Below, one piece after another: positions 22,042 through 30,331 of a stretch of 32,000 nucleotides of DNA (its first letter is position 1; every line of letters begins with the position of its first letter). The DNA lies in NCBI GenBank assembly GCA_963931495.1, contig OZ007020.1, positions 420,001-452,000 on the forward strand. The letters run 5' to 3'. The notes beneath the pieces were generated by a model. It was not told the DNA's origin and made no database searches. It saw nothing but the letters and a program-made list of their open reading frames with translations. Source of the stretch: an uncultured Alphaproteobacteria bacterium. Its GTDB lineage: Bacteria > Pseudomonadota > Alphaproteobacteria > Rs-D84. The position numbers and the translations under genes were made by a program.

Positions 22042-25000
22042 ATGTCTGCACATAAACATTTGATTGATTTGTTAAAGGTTTGTTCGGTATTGCCGGCGTT
22101 GGTTATTATGCCTGCGTTTGCAACGGATGCCGATGCTGATGTTAATGATGATGCCGCACAACCAGTGGTGCATCAACCGGCCACAAATCCATTCGCAGTT
22201 AAGAGTTGGAGTGGACTGGAATACACCGCACCTGCAAATACGTCGGCGCTTGGCGGGGTTCTGAAAATTTCGGACAATGGTTATGAAAATGCGGATATTA
22301 ATGTTGGTATCGCAGAAAACAACCATATATATCTGTCAAAAGATACGGAAGATACGAAAGATGTCGCAGGGCAGGGGGCGGTTCTGTATGCCAATGGTGC
22401 GATAAATTCTGTCAACGGGTTATTCAGAAATAATACAATTACAAATAAATCCACGTACGCGACCAAGGCGTCGGTAAACGGCGGGGTGTTTGCATTGTAC
22501 AATGGGACAGATATTGATTCAATTAATGGTGATTTTGAAAATAACGTTGTTACATCAAAGTATGTTGGGACAGATGAGACAACAGAATACACGTCGGGTA
22601 GTCAGATTTCTGCCGGGGGTGGTGCAATTCATATAGAGGGTCAATATGGCAATGGTTCTGCAACCGAAGCGCATATTGGCACAATCACCGGTAATTTCAA
22701 AAACAATGCGGCAATTGGTGATGGATATGCCAGTGGTGGTGCGATTTATATCAAGGGTGGTGCCGACCGCGAAGGACAAACAGGGGCCGACACGTCAATC
22801 GAACTGATTAAGGGTGATTTTACCGGCAACTATGTCAAAGCCACAACAAATACCACGGATAATAAAAAGATATCTTCGGGCGGTGCCATATCTGTTAAGC
22901 GTGCAAGTGGCGCGCCAAATGTGGCCAGTGTTAACATAGAAGGTAATTTTGATGGAAACTATGTTGAAACAAATGGAACAGATGCTTTTGGTGGCGCGAT
23001 TTATAATGAAGGCGCCGTGCGTGTCACAGGGAACTTTAACAATAACTATGTTAGTTCGGAAAGTGCGAATGGTTGGGGTGGCGCTGTGTATAATGCCGTT
23101 GGTGCAACGTTTGTCATAGACCAGGGATCCGAATTCATGTATAACGCGGCGGCATCTGGGGGTGCAATTTGGAATGAAGGTACATTGACGTTTAACAATG
23201 GTAATACGCAATTAAACTTTGGGCACAATACAGCAGGTAATATTGCTGGGGCGATTTATAACAAGGGTGATATTGATAAAATATCATTCGCGTCGTTCCA
23301 AGATAATAATGCGGTCACGGGCGGTGCCATTAACAATGCCAAGATATCCAAAGATGGCACGTTCGGTACAATTGGTGAAATATCGCGTTCTGTATTTGCC
23401 GATAATCACGCAAAAACGTCGGGCGGTGGCGCGATTCGTAACGAAGGGATTATTGAAAAAATCAGCCGTGTGACATTTATGGAAAACGATGCCGGTAATG
23501 GGGGCGCAATCTGGAACGGTTCGTGGGGACTGATTGGTACGGATGACGCGGCGGGAATTGCCAGTATTGAAGATTCAACATTCTTGAATAATGATGCGTT
23601 GGCTGCATCTAATCCTGAGCAACAGGGGGGCGCTATTACAAATGCCGGAAAAATTAACCTGATTGCAAGAACAGAATTTACTGGTAACCGGGCAGGAATC
23701 AAGGGCGGCGCAATCGCCAATGTTGGTTCCCAGGCTGGCGCAGTGCCGACAATTAACCTGCAAGACGTTACGTTTACAAATAACAGTGCCGGTGAAATGG
23801 GTGGCGCGATTTACAATGAAAGCGGAACTCTGATAACTCTGGCCGGTAGTAATGTATTTACAGGCAACATCGCCGCGAACAAGGCAAATGATATTTATAA
23901 CGCGGGTACGATAAATATCACTGGTGGCGAAACAAAACTGGGCGGCGGTGTGACCGGTACGGGAACGTTGTCAGTTGCCAAAGATGCAACATTAAATATT
24001 GGCGCAACAACATTACAGCAAGGAACATTTACACTGAATGGAACATTGGTCGCATCGTTTGTCAACACCAACGCATATGCCAAGTTAGATGTTGACAGTT
24101 TCAGTGGCGATGGGGATATCGTGCTGACATTTGGTTCGGTGGGCGTGTATGATATCGGAACAGATATCAGTGGCGTTGACCTTATGTACAGTGACAAGTT
24201 GTACAATGTTGATGTCACAGGTCAGAAAATTGTTGTCAAGACAAAGTCCATGGATGAAGTTATGAATAATTCCAATGTTTCTGCGATGGTGGCAGGGACT
24301 ATGATTGGGCTGTCTAACAGTAATGATTATGCATTGAACATTGCGTCGTTAAATGCGCAATCGGCACTGGAACGTGGCGATACAGAATATCTGGAAACAG
24401 AATCCAAGAAATTGGGACCAGGCGCGCAATCAGTGACCCAGTCGGTATCATCATCGGTACAAAACCAGGTTATATCGTTGGCGGCGAATCGTATGACGGG
24501 TGGTATCGGACGCAGTGGTGGTGACGAAGATAATCTGGATTATGGCGTATGGGCCCAGGGCTTGATCAATCATTCCAGATTAAATGGCCAATTTACTGGT
24601 GATACACTGGGGATTGCGGTTGGTGTTGATACGATGATAGACAATACCTATACACTGGGTATCGGATATGCGTATAACAATACAGACGTTGATTCTGGTG
24701 AAATGGGAACAACCAATATTGACAGCAGCAGCATATTCGTATATGGCCAATACAAGCCGAATGAATGGTTCGTAAATGCGATGTTGAATTATACAATGTC
24801 TGATTATGACCAAAGTGTTACGGCATTTGGTGCGAGGTTTGATGACACCACATATGGGGTGACGTCGTTTGGTGGCCAGGTGATGGGTGGATATGAATTT
24901 GCATCTGGAATCACGCCAGAGGTTGGATTGCGTTATTTGCATGTGGCCCAGGATAATTATACTAATGGCCTGAACGATATATCTGTTCAAGATACAGATT

Positions 25001-25311
25001 ATCTGACCGGTATTGCCGGAATGCAATATGCGTTCGCAATTGAATCTGACAGTGAATTAAAGTTCAGTCCGAATTTACGCGCAGCGTTAACATATGATTT
25101 CTTGTCTGATGCGGCGGCGGCGACAGTGACAATCCCTGGGGCGGCGTCATATGTTGTATCGGGTGAATCTTTGTCCCGTCTGGGCGGGGAATTCGGTATC
25201 GGATTATCCGCAACGTACAAGGGGTGGGAAATTTCAGCAAATTATGATTTGGATTTGCATGAACACTATACATCTCATACAGGTATGTTAAAGTTCAAGT
25301 ATGATTTTTAA
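22042..25311 (+). CDS. Autotransporter with a polymorphic-membrane-protein (Pmp)-type GGA[IV]/FxxN repeat passenger
   Basis: AAGGAG lies 5 nt upstream of the ATG at 22042. Signal peptide MSAHKHLIDLLKVCSVLPALVIMPAFA. By hand count, 12 GGA[IV] and ~15 FxxN tetrapeptides alternate between nt ~22420 and 23880. The C-terminal ~260 aa (from DYGVWAQGLINHSRL, nt ~24538) looks like an autotransporter beta-domain ending KFKYDF. Confidence 0.9.
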   Translation: MSAHKHLIDLLKVCSVLPALVIMPAFATDADADVNDDAAQPVVHQPATNPFAVKSWSGLEYTAPANTSALGGVLKISDNGYENADINVGIAENNHIYLSKDTEDTKDVAGQGAVLYANGAINSVNGLFRNNTITNKSTYATKASVNGGVFALYNGTDIDSINGDFENNVVTSKYVGTDETTEYTSGSQISAGGGAIHIEGQYGNGSATEAHIGTITGNFKNNAAIGDGYASGGAIYIKGGADREGQTGADTSIELIKGDFTGNYVKATTNTTDNKKISSGGAISVKRASGAPNVASVNIEGNFDGNYVETNGTDAFGGAIYNEGAVRVTGNFNNNYVSSESANGWGGAVYNAVGATFVIDQGSEFMYNAAASGGAIWNEGTLTFNNGNTQLNFGHNTAGNIAGAIYNKGDIDKISFASFQDNNAVTGGAINNAKISKDGTFGTIGEISRSVFADNHAKTSGGGAIRNEGIIEKISRVTFMENDAGNGGAIWNGSWGLIGTDDAAGIASIEDSTFLNNDALAASNPEQQGGAITNAGKINLIARTEFTGNRAGIKGGAIANVGSQAGAVPTINLQDVTFTNNSAGEMGGAIYNESGTLITLAGSNVFTGNIAANKANDIYNAGTINITGGETKLGGGVTGTGTLSVAKDATLNIGATTLQQGTFTLNGTLVASFVNTNAYAKLDVDSFSGDGDIVLTFGSVGVYDIGTDISGVDLMYSDKLYNVDVTGQKIVVKTKSMDEVMNNSNVSAMVAGTMIGLSNSNDYALNIASLNAQSALERGDTEYLETESKKLGPGAQSVTQSVSSSVQNQVISLAANRMTGGIGRSGGDEDNLDYGVWAQGLINHSRLNGQFTGDTLGIAVGVDTMIDNTYTLGIGYAYNNTDVDSGEMGTTNIDSSSIFVYGQYKPNEWFVNAMLNYTMSDYDQSVTAFGARFDDTTYGVTSFGGQVMGGYEFASGITPEVGLRYLHVAQDNYTNGLNDISVQDTDYLTGIAGMQYAFAIESDSELKFSPNLRAALTYDFLSDAAAATVTIPGAASYVVSGESLSRLGGEFGIGLSATYKGWEISANYDLDLHEHYTSHTGMLKFKYDF

Positions 25312-25334
25312 CAATATCTGGTCGTCAAAATACT

Positions 25335-25368
25335 TTCCGCAGAAAATACCCGTTTCTGCGGAATTTTT
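25335..25368 (+). terminator. Intrinsic terminator
   Basis: TTCCGCAGAAA (25335-25345), loop ATACCCG, TTTCTGCGGAA (25353-25363), T5. Confidence 0.85.
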
Positions 25369-25447
25369 GTATAAGTTTCCTAAAAATATATTGAAATGAC
25401 GGGGCGGGTTATGTAGAGTGATAGGGTAATAAAAGGATGAATGAGTT

Positions 25448-26425
25448 ATGTTTGGGTTGTGGGGCAGAAAATCTGATAAAGTCGCGATTTTGAATTATGG
25501 CAACTTTGAACGTGAAAATTATGGCGCGATTTTAACGGCATATGCTTTAAGCAAGTTGTTGCGGATGAATGGGTATGATGTTAAAAACATAAATTATCGT
25601 CCGAATTTTTATCAACCATTCGCAAAAAATGATACGTTTGTGCATTTTCGCAGAAAATTTCTGCCGATGACAAAAACAATAAAAACACAGCGGGATTTCA
25701 AAAAGTTAAATAAAAAATATTCTGTTTTTGTCGTTGGCAGCGACCAGGTTTTTAATCACGATTTTGTGCGCAAAGAAAATGATGTTTATTACCTGGGGTT
25801 TGTTGATGATAACAGGCGCAAGGTTGCCTGTGCGGCATCGTTTGGAACGAATCGCTTTATGGGGGATGACGCCGAAAAACAACATGTGCATGATTTACTG
25901 GCGCGGTTTGACGCAATTTCAGTACGCGAACCGTCCGGGGTTGATATATTGCATGATATGGGACTGGATGGGGTATATATCTTGGATCCTGTGTTCTTGA
26001 TAGATTGGGACGATATGATTGGAAATTACCATCCAAATGGTACGTTTTATTATTCTATATGGCCCCAGATACAAAATATTGCCGCAGATAAAAATACGTT
26101 CGCCAGCGGCATGAGTGCCCAAGATTGGTTGGCGGGAATAAAAAATGCGGATTTATTGGTGACAGATTCTTTTCATGGAATTTGTTTCGCGATAATGTTC
26201 GGCACGCCGTTCGTGCCGTTGGCACTGAAAACAGATGCGCGTATAGAACGCTTGTATGCACTGTTTGATGCGGTGGGAATTTCACGGGACCAGATTTTGT
26301 ATTCTGATTCTGATACGGATTGGGAAAATTTGCAGCAATATGCGATTACACCAAATGTTGGTGACAATTTAGACAAATTGCGCCGTTTTTCGGTTCAATG
26401 GATATTGGATGCATTAAAGGGATAA
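25448..26425 (+). CDS. Polysaccharide pyruvyl transferase family protein
   Basis: KVAILNYGNFERENYGAILTAYALSKLLRMNGYDVKNINY, VVGSDQVFN and TDSFHGICFAIMFGTPFV match the landmarks I associate with the PS_pyruv_trans (WcaK/CsaB-like) family. Confidence 0.72.
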   Translation: MFGLWGRKSDKVAILNYGNFERENYGAILTAYALSKLLRMNGYDVKNINYRPNFYQPFAKNDTFVHFRRKFLPMTKTIKTQRDFKKLNKKYSVFVVGSDQVFNHDFVRKENDVYYLGFVDDNRRKVACAASFGTNRFMGDDAEKQHVHDLLARFDAISVREPSGVDILHDMGLDGVYILDPVFLIDWDDMIGNYHPNGTFYYSIWPQIQNIAADKNTFASGMSAQDWLAGIKNADLLVTDSFHGICFAIMFGTPFVPLALKTDARIERLYALFDAVGISRDQILYSDSDTDWENLQQYAITPNVGDNLDKLRRFSVQWILDALKG

Positions 26426-26472
26426 ATCTGACAGCCAGCCGCGTGGATACGTTTATAATGTCTGTGATATCG

Positions 26473-26502
26473 TAAAAAATACCGCCATGTCTGGGCGGTA
26501 TC
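26473..26502 (-). terminator. Intrinsic terminator for the 26504-27235 gene
   Basis: Plus-strand ATACCGCC (26479-26486), loop ATGTCTG, GGCGGTAT (26494-26501). On the minus strand the hairpin is followed by T6. Confidence 0.7.
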
Positions 26503-26503
26503 T

Positions 26504-27235
26504 TTAATTGTTTGTAAAATATTTGCCACGTTGACGTTTGGATACAGATTCCATTTCATCAAATATATCGTCCGCGGCGTTTGTATCCATTGCGTTGGCG
26601 TTCGTACCAGTTATATATTCGGCACCGTTCAGTATGATTATGCGACTGGGTAACATTTCGCCATCGTTGTTACATTCAATATAATACTGGTTATAATCAT
26701 ATTCTTTGCCGTAACAGCCGTCTTCTTCAATTGCGATAAATCCCCAATCAGCCAAATCGCGGCATGACGGAATCGGATCAGCAATTAATCCATTCGGAAC
26801 ATCAGCCACCCAATCAACAGGAACGTTTTCACACCATACGGGTACCATTTCTTCATCCCAATATGCCATGGAACCGTTCGCAGATGTTCGGCGTACACCA
26901 AAGCAATCACCGTTCAAGACATCTGTATCAAAATCAGGATTAATACCATTGTTTTTTTTGATGTCATTCATTGTTTTTGCCACGGGAATAAATGCGTTTG
27001 GGTCATCCAATGCTTCGGGACAAATTAATTTTTGCCCCCAGCATTTTGCGTCATTGTCCCATATTTGCGATTCATATCCGATACCCATTTTGGTATAGCA
27101 TTCTGTGGGATCACGCCGGCACACGGTTGATGTGGCCAATGTCCAATTACTGGCCGCGTTGGCACCAGATGCCAACAGTATGCCCAGTAAAGATATCGCG
27201 AACGTTTTTCCCATTTTTATTCTCTTGTCGTGCAT
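26504..27235 (-). CDS. Small exported Cys-containing, acidic, Trp/Asp-rich protein (H). It is a possible distant associate of the Cys-rich family.
   Basis: Signal peptide (MHDKRIK)MGKTFAISLLGILLASGANA. 10 Cys. An alternative start is the ATG at 27214, if the TTGATT-17-TAAAAT promoter at 27264-27236 is real. The gene lies directly downstream of family member F on the same strand. Confidence 0.75.
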   Translation of the reverse strand: MHDKRIKMGKTFAISLLGILLASGANAASNWTLATSTVCRRDPTECYTKMGIGYESQIWDNDAKCWGQKLICPEALDDPNAFIPVAKTMNDIKKNNGINPDFDTDVLNGDCFGVRRTSANGSMAYWDEEMVPVWCENVPVDWVADVPNGLIADPIPSCRDLADWGFIAIEEDGCYGKEYDYNQYYIECNNDGEMLPSRIIILNGAEYITGTNANAMDTNAADDIFDEMESVSKRQRGKYFTNN

Positions 27236-27306
27236 ATTTTATCAAATTTTTGTACACAAATCAATATGACAGCATATGCATTTTTATCATTTGTTATACT
27301 GGTTTC

Positions 27307-29820
27307 TTATGGTGTGTCAGACAGGCTTTCTATGCTGGATGTGTCTGCGCAATAACCCCACTTTGAATTTGCCCCCGTTTCATCATAGAAATATTTTAAC
27401 TGGGTATGTCCTGTTTTATCATGAACGCCGTCGGCGGTGTCATTTGCATTGTCAACCCATTGTGTATCAACCCATGTTCCACCCAGTCGTTCGCATTCCG
27501 CAGATAATTGGGTCGCCATATCACGCCGTACAGAATCCATTACGATGTTAATATCCTGTAATACCGCGATTGGCACAGTTGCTGTTGAATCTGTTGCGTT
27601 TAATTCTTCATAGAACGACGGACGCAGGCATGTTTCCAATGCATACTGGGTCATTTTTTGATACAGACTGCCGACGTAATCGTCGCCACAATCCTGGCTT
27701 GTGCCACCGACCGTCCCAGCGACTGGTGCATCTTTTCCACCGTTACATGTGTAACCTGTCGGACATGGCAGACAACGGTTGTTGACCGCTTCTGTGGTTG
27801 TTGGTACCCAATTGCCATCATTTTGTGTCGCCAAGAAAAATCCTGGTGCACAGCTGTAAAATACAATCTGTGTCAGACACATATATCCATTATCTGGCAG
27901 ATTCACCCCAATATCAACCACCACAGAACTGTCCGCGGGAACAGATACACCTTCGGCACGGTTACACGCCATGTCAGATGCGTATATATGGTCACCTGGG
28001 GAATACACACGGCATCCATATGGGTATGTGTGTAATGTATCGTTACTGGGGACGGTACAGGTTTCTTGGGCAAATGTGGTCAGCAAGTCACGGCAATTTG
28101 ACAATATTTTTTGATCAGTTAAATCGGCCATTGCATCAACCAATAATTGCAACCCTTCGCCATCAGGATCACCGTACAGGCGGCTGCATGTGTTTAATTT
28201 TTCGCGACACAGTTCTTCGGACAATTCCAAACGCGACCCCAGTAATAATTCTTCTTTGATATTACTAAAATCTTTCAATGATTCTGATTGTTGGTCATAA
28301 CATGCGTTAACAACATCCATACATTCGTTCTTTACCGTGCGAACGCGTGACTGTTGACCTTGGTATATTTCGGTCAGTGCCTGGCGTACGAATTCGTCCC
28401 ATACTTCGTCTGAAATGTCGCGGCATGTGTCCAGACTGCCTTCGGCATACATGCGCATGCGATTTAATTCTGCAACAATCAATCGGTTCGTTGCGTTATT
28501 CAGCACATCGCCGTCCAGTGATATTTGGTATTCCAGTTGATAAAATTCTTCGCTGTAAATTGGTTCGCCGGTATCACGATTCAGATAGCGACCGGTAATA
28601 TCCAGACAATGAACGTAATTCGGACCACATGCGGTTTCTGCGGTAATGTCGGCACGAACATTCGCAATACAGTCGTTGATAGATGTTGAATTGTGGGCGT
28701 TGTAGTTATCAAGACGGGCAACATTCATTTCGCGTTCTGTGCTGCGTATAGAACTGTTTGCCTGGATTAACTGGTTATCCAGTGCATTTGATAAATTTGT
28801 ACAATCGTTTTCAATATACATACCGTACGCGGAAACAACCATTGATAATGTTGATTTATTGGTGCAACTGTCGGCAACAATGTCAACACATTGGGCATGA
28901 ACAGCGTTATACAATGCTTCACCAGTCAGATTGGCAATGTTTTCACCAGATGCCAAATCTGTTGTTGCCCATATTTGATTTATGTCCCCGGCAATGTCCA
29001 GTTTGCCCAGCGTTGACAGAGACTGGGTTTTTGATGTTGATAAAACTTCACTGATTCCGGCCAAATATTGCGCAGATTCAGATGAATCGTTTTTGATTGC
29101 TTGTTCGCCTTCGCTGGCATGTAACATGGCATTGACTTCGCCCGCTGTTTTATCAATCACGTCAATGTTCAAGTTGTGAAAGTCTTGTAATTGGTCCGAC
29201 GCCTGGGCCAATGCGCGTTCGCGTTCTTGGATATCAGTCAGGCGTGAAGAACATATACACCGACGATATGAATCGTTGGCGGTTGCACAAAATTGGTCCA
29301 TGCATGTAAAATATGCGTCGCGGCACTGGTTATATCCAGTACCAAATGTACTGGTCGTCGCAGGTGAACCAATTGTTGTCGCACGTGCCGTTGTACGTGC
29401 CGCGCGCGCCGGTGATGATGTCGCGCTGCGTACCGTGGTGGCCGCGCGATTTACGGTGTTGGTTGTCGCACTGCGTGGCGATGCGGTGGCAACGGTTGTT
29501 GATGCGCTGCGTGCAACGCGTGATGTCGGGGTTGTTGCACTGCGTGTTATGGTTTGTTGCGATGCCGAACGTGATGTTACGGACGAATTGCGTGAAATTG
29601 TATTCTGGTGCGATGCGCGTGATGATACCGTATTGGATTGACGCCCCGATTGAACAGAACCGGTGCCTGTGCGCGAATTTGTTGTCGCACGTGCAATAAC
29701 AGATGTTTCGGTGTCAGATGAATTATTCGTCCGATTTATGGATTTTGAATCACGAACAGCAGCGTCAGCATGCACGATGCAAACGCAACACATCATGATA
29801 AAAATCCACAGTTTTCTCAT
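27307..29820 (-). CDS. Cysteine-rich exported protein, family member F, with a long N-terminal Arg/Ser/Thr/Ala repeat region
   Basis: Signal peptide MRKLWIFIMMCCVCIVHADA. Low-complexity region at aa 21-160. N-terminal knot CRDAYFTCMDQFCATANDSYRRCICS (nt 29251-29325). 29 mature Cys. Collinear with A and G, for example CRDISDEVWDEFVRQA vs A CVNVADQVWDTFLRDIA. CLPCPTGYTC lies at 27745-27774. Confidence 0.9.
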   Translation of the reverse strand: MRKLWIFIMMCCVCIVHADAAVRDSKSINRTNNSSDTETSVIARATTNSRTGTGSVQSGRQSNTVSSRASHQNTISRNSSVTSRSASQQTITRSATTPTSRVARSASTTVATASPRSATTNTVNRAATTVRSATSSPARAARTTARATTIGSPATTSTFGTGYNQCRDAYFTCMDQFCATANDSYRRCICSSRLTDIQERERALAQASDQLQDFHNLNIDVIDKTAGEVNAMLHASEGEQAIKNDSSESAQYLAGISEVLSTSKTQSLSTLGKLDIAGDINQIWATTDLASGENIANLTGEALYNAVHAQCVDIVADSCTNKSTLSMVVSAYGMYIENDCTNLSNALDNQLIQANSSIRSTEREMNVARLDNYNAHNSTSINDCIANVRADITAETACGPNYVHCLDITGRYLNRDTGEPIYSEEFYQLEYQISLDGDVLNNATNRLIVAELNRMRMYAEGSLDTCRDISDEVWDEFVRQALTEIYQGQQSRVRTVKNECMDVVNACYDQQSESLKDFSNIKEELLLGSRLELSEELCREKLNTCSRLYGDPDGEGLQLLVDAMADLTDQKILSNCRDLLTTFAQETCTVPSNDTLHTYPYGCRVYSPGDHIYASDMACNRAEGVSVPADSSVVVDIGVNLPDNGYMCLTQIVFYSCAPGFFLATQNDGNWVPTTTEAVNNRCLPCPTGYTCNGGKDAPVAGTVGGTSQDCGDDYVGSLYQKMTQYALETCLRPSFYEELNATDSTATVPIAVLQDINIVMDSVRRDMATQLSAECERLGGTWVDTQWVDNANDTADGVHDKTGHTQLKYFYDETGANSKWGYCADTSSIESLSDTP
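29341..29760 (-). repeat. Degenerate R-[SA]-A-[ST]-[ST]-type low-complexity repeat (coding) in gene F
   Basis: ...SRSASQQTITRSATTPTSRVARSASTTVATASPRSATTNTVNRAATTVRSATSSPARAARTTARATT... The DNA shows imperfect repeats of GTTGT(C/T)GCAC(T)GCGTG-like units on the plus strand. Confidence 0.75.
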
Positions 29821-29906
29821 TCCTTCAAATCATATATCATAGTAATGATAACAAAAATATATTTTTATGAAAAGTAATTTTATTTGCAGTTTGTTGTAAT
29901 TTTTAT

Positions 29907-29933
29907 CAAAAAAAATCCATCAAACGGTGGATT
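29907..29933 (-). terminator. Intrinsic terminator after infA
   Basis: Minus strand: AATCCA, loop CCGTTTGA, TGGATT, then T8 (plus-strand A-run 29908-29915). The 5' arm overlaps the infA stop codon. Confidence 0.65.
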
Positions 29934-30189
29934 ATGCATTTGATTGTGATGGCGCGTCCCCAGGTGCACGGTTGCGTTCAACAAATGTTATACGACCCTT
30001 GTCCAGATCATACGGTGTCATTTCAACACGAACATTTTCGCCGACGTTCACCCAGATGCGTGCCTTGCGCATTTTGCCACATACGGTTGCCAATATTTCG
30101 TGGCCATTGTCCAAGCGAACACGGAACATTGTGTTTGGTAATTTATCAACCACAGTGCCACTGAAAACAATTACATCATCTTTTGCCAT
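29932..30189 (-). CDS. infA: Translation initiation factor IF-1
   Basis: [69 protein letters not shown] is near-canonical IF-1. AAGGA lies 6 nt upstream. It carries a C-terminal extension of about 10-13 aa ([13 protein letters not shown]). Confidence 0.95.
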   Translation of the reverse strand: MAKDDVIVFSGTVVDKLPNTMFRVRLDNGHEILATVCGKMRKARIWVNVGENVRVEMTPYDLDKGRITFVERNRAPGDAPSQSNA

Positions 30190-30227
30190 TTATAATCCTT
30201 GGTATTTACTGTAAAATCATGGCGGTA

Positions 30228-30256
30228 ATTGTATTATTGCGAATAAAAAAAAGCAA
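30228..30256 (-). promoter_or_regulatory. Putative infA promoter
   Basis: On the minus strand: TTGCTT (30256-30251), 17 nt including a T8 tract, TACAAT (30233-30228). Confidence 0.4.
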
Positions 30257-30271
30257 GATGTTTTTATGTGC

Positions 30272-30300
30272 TTGCACGGGATGGATTGTTTTGATAAAAT
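30272..30300 (+). promoter_or_regulatory. Putative promoter for family member G
   Basis: TTGCAC (30272-30277), 17 nt, TAAAAT (30295-30300). RBS GGGTGGA at 30320-30326. Confidence 0.5.
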
Positions 30301-30331
30301 TCTATGTAAAGTAATATGTAGGGTGGATTCT

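Noticed and set aside
29341-29760. Possibility that the repetitive DNA is a CRISPR array or non-coding tandem repeat.
   Set aside because: The repeats are degenerate, lack unique spacers of fixed length, and lie in-frame inside the 837-aa ORF, where they encode an R/S/T/A low-complexity region.
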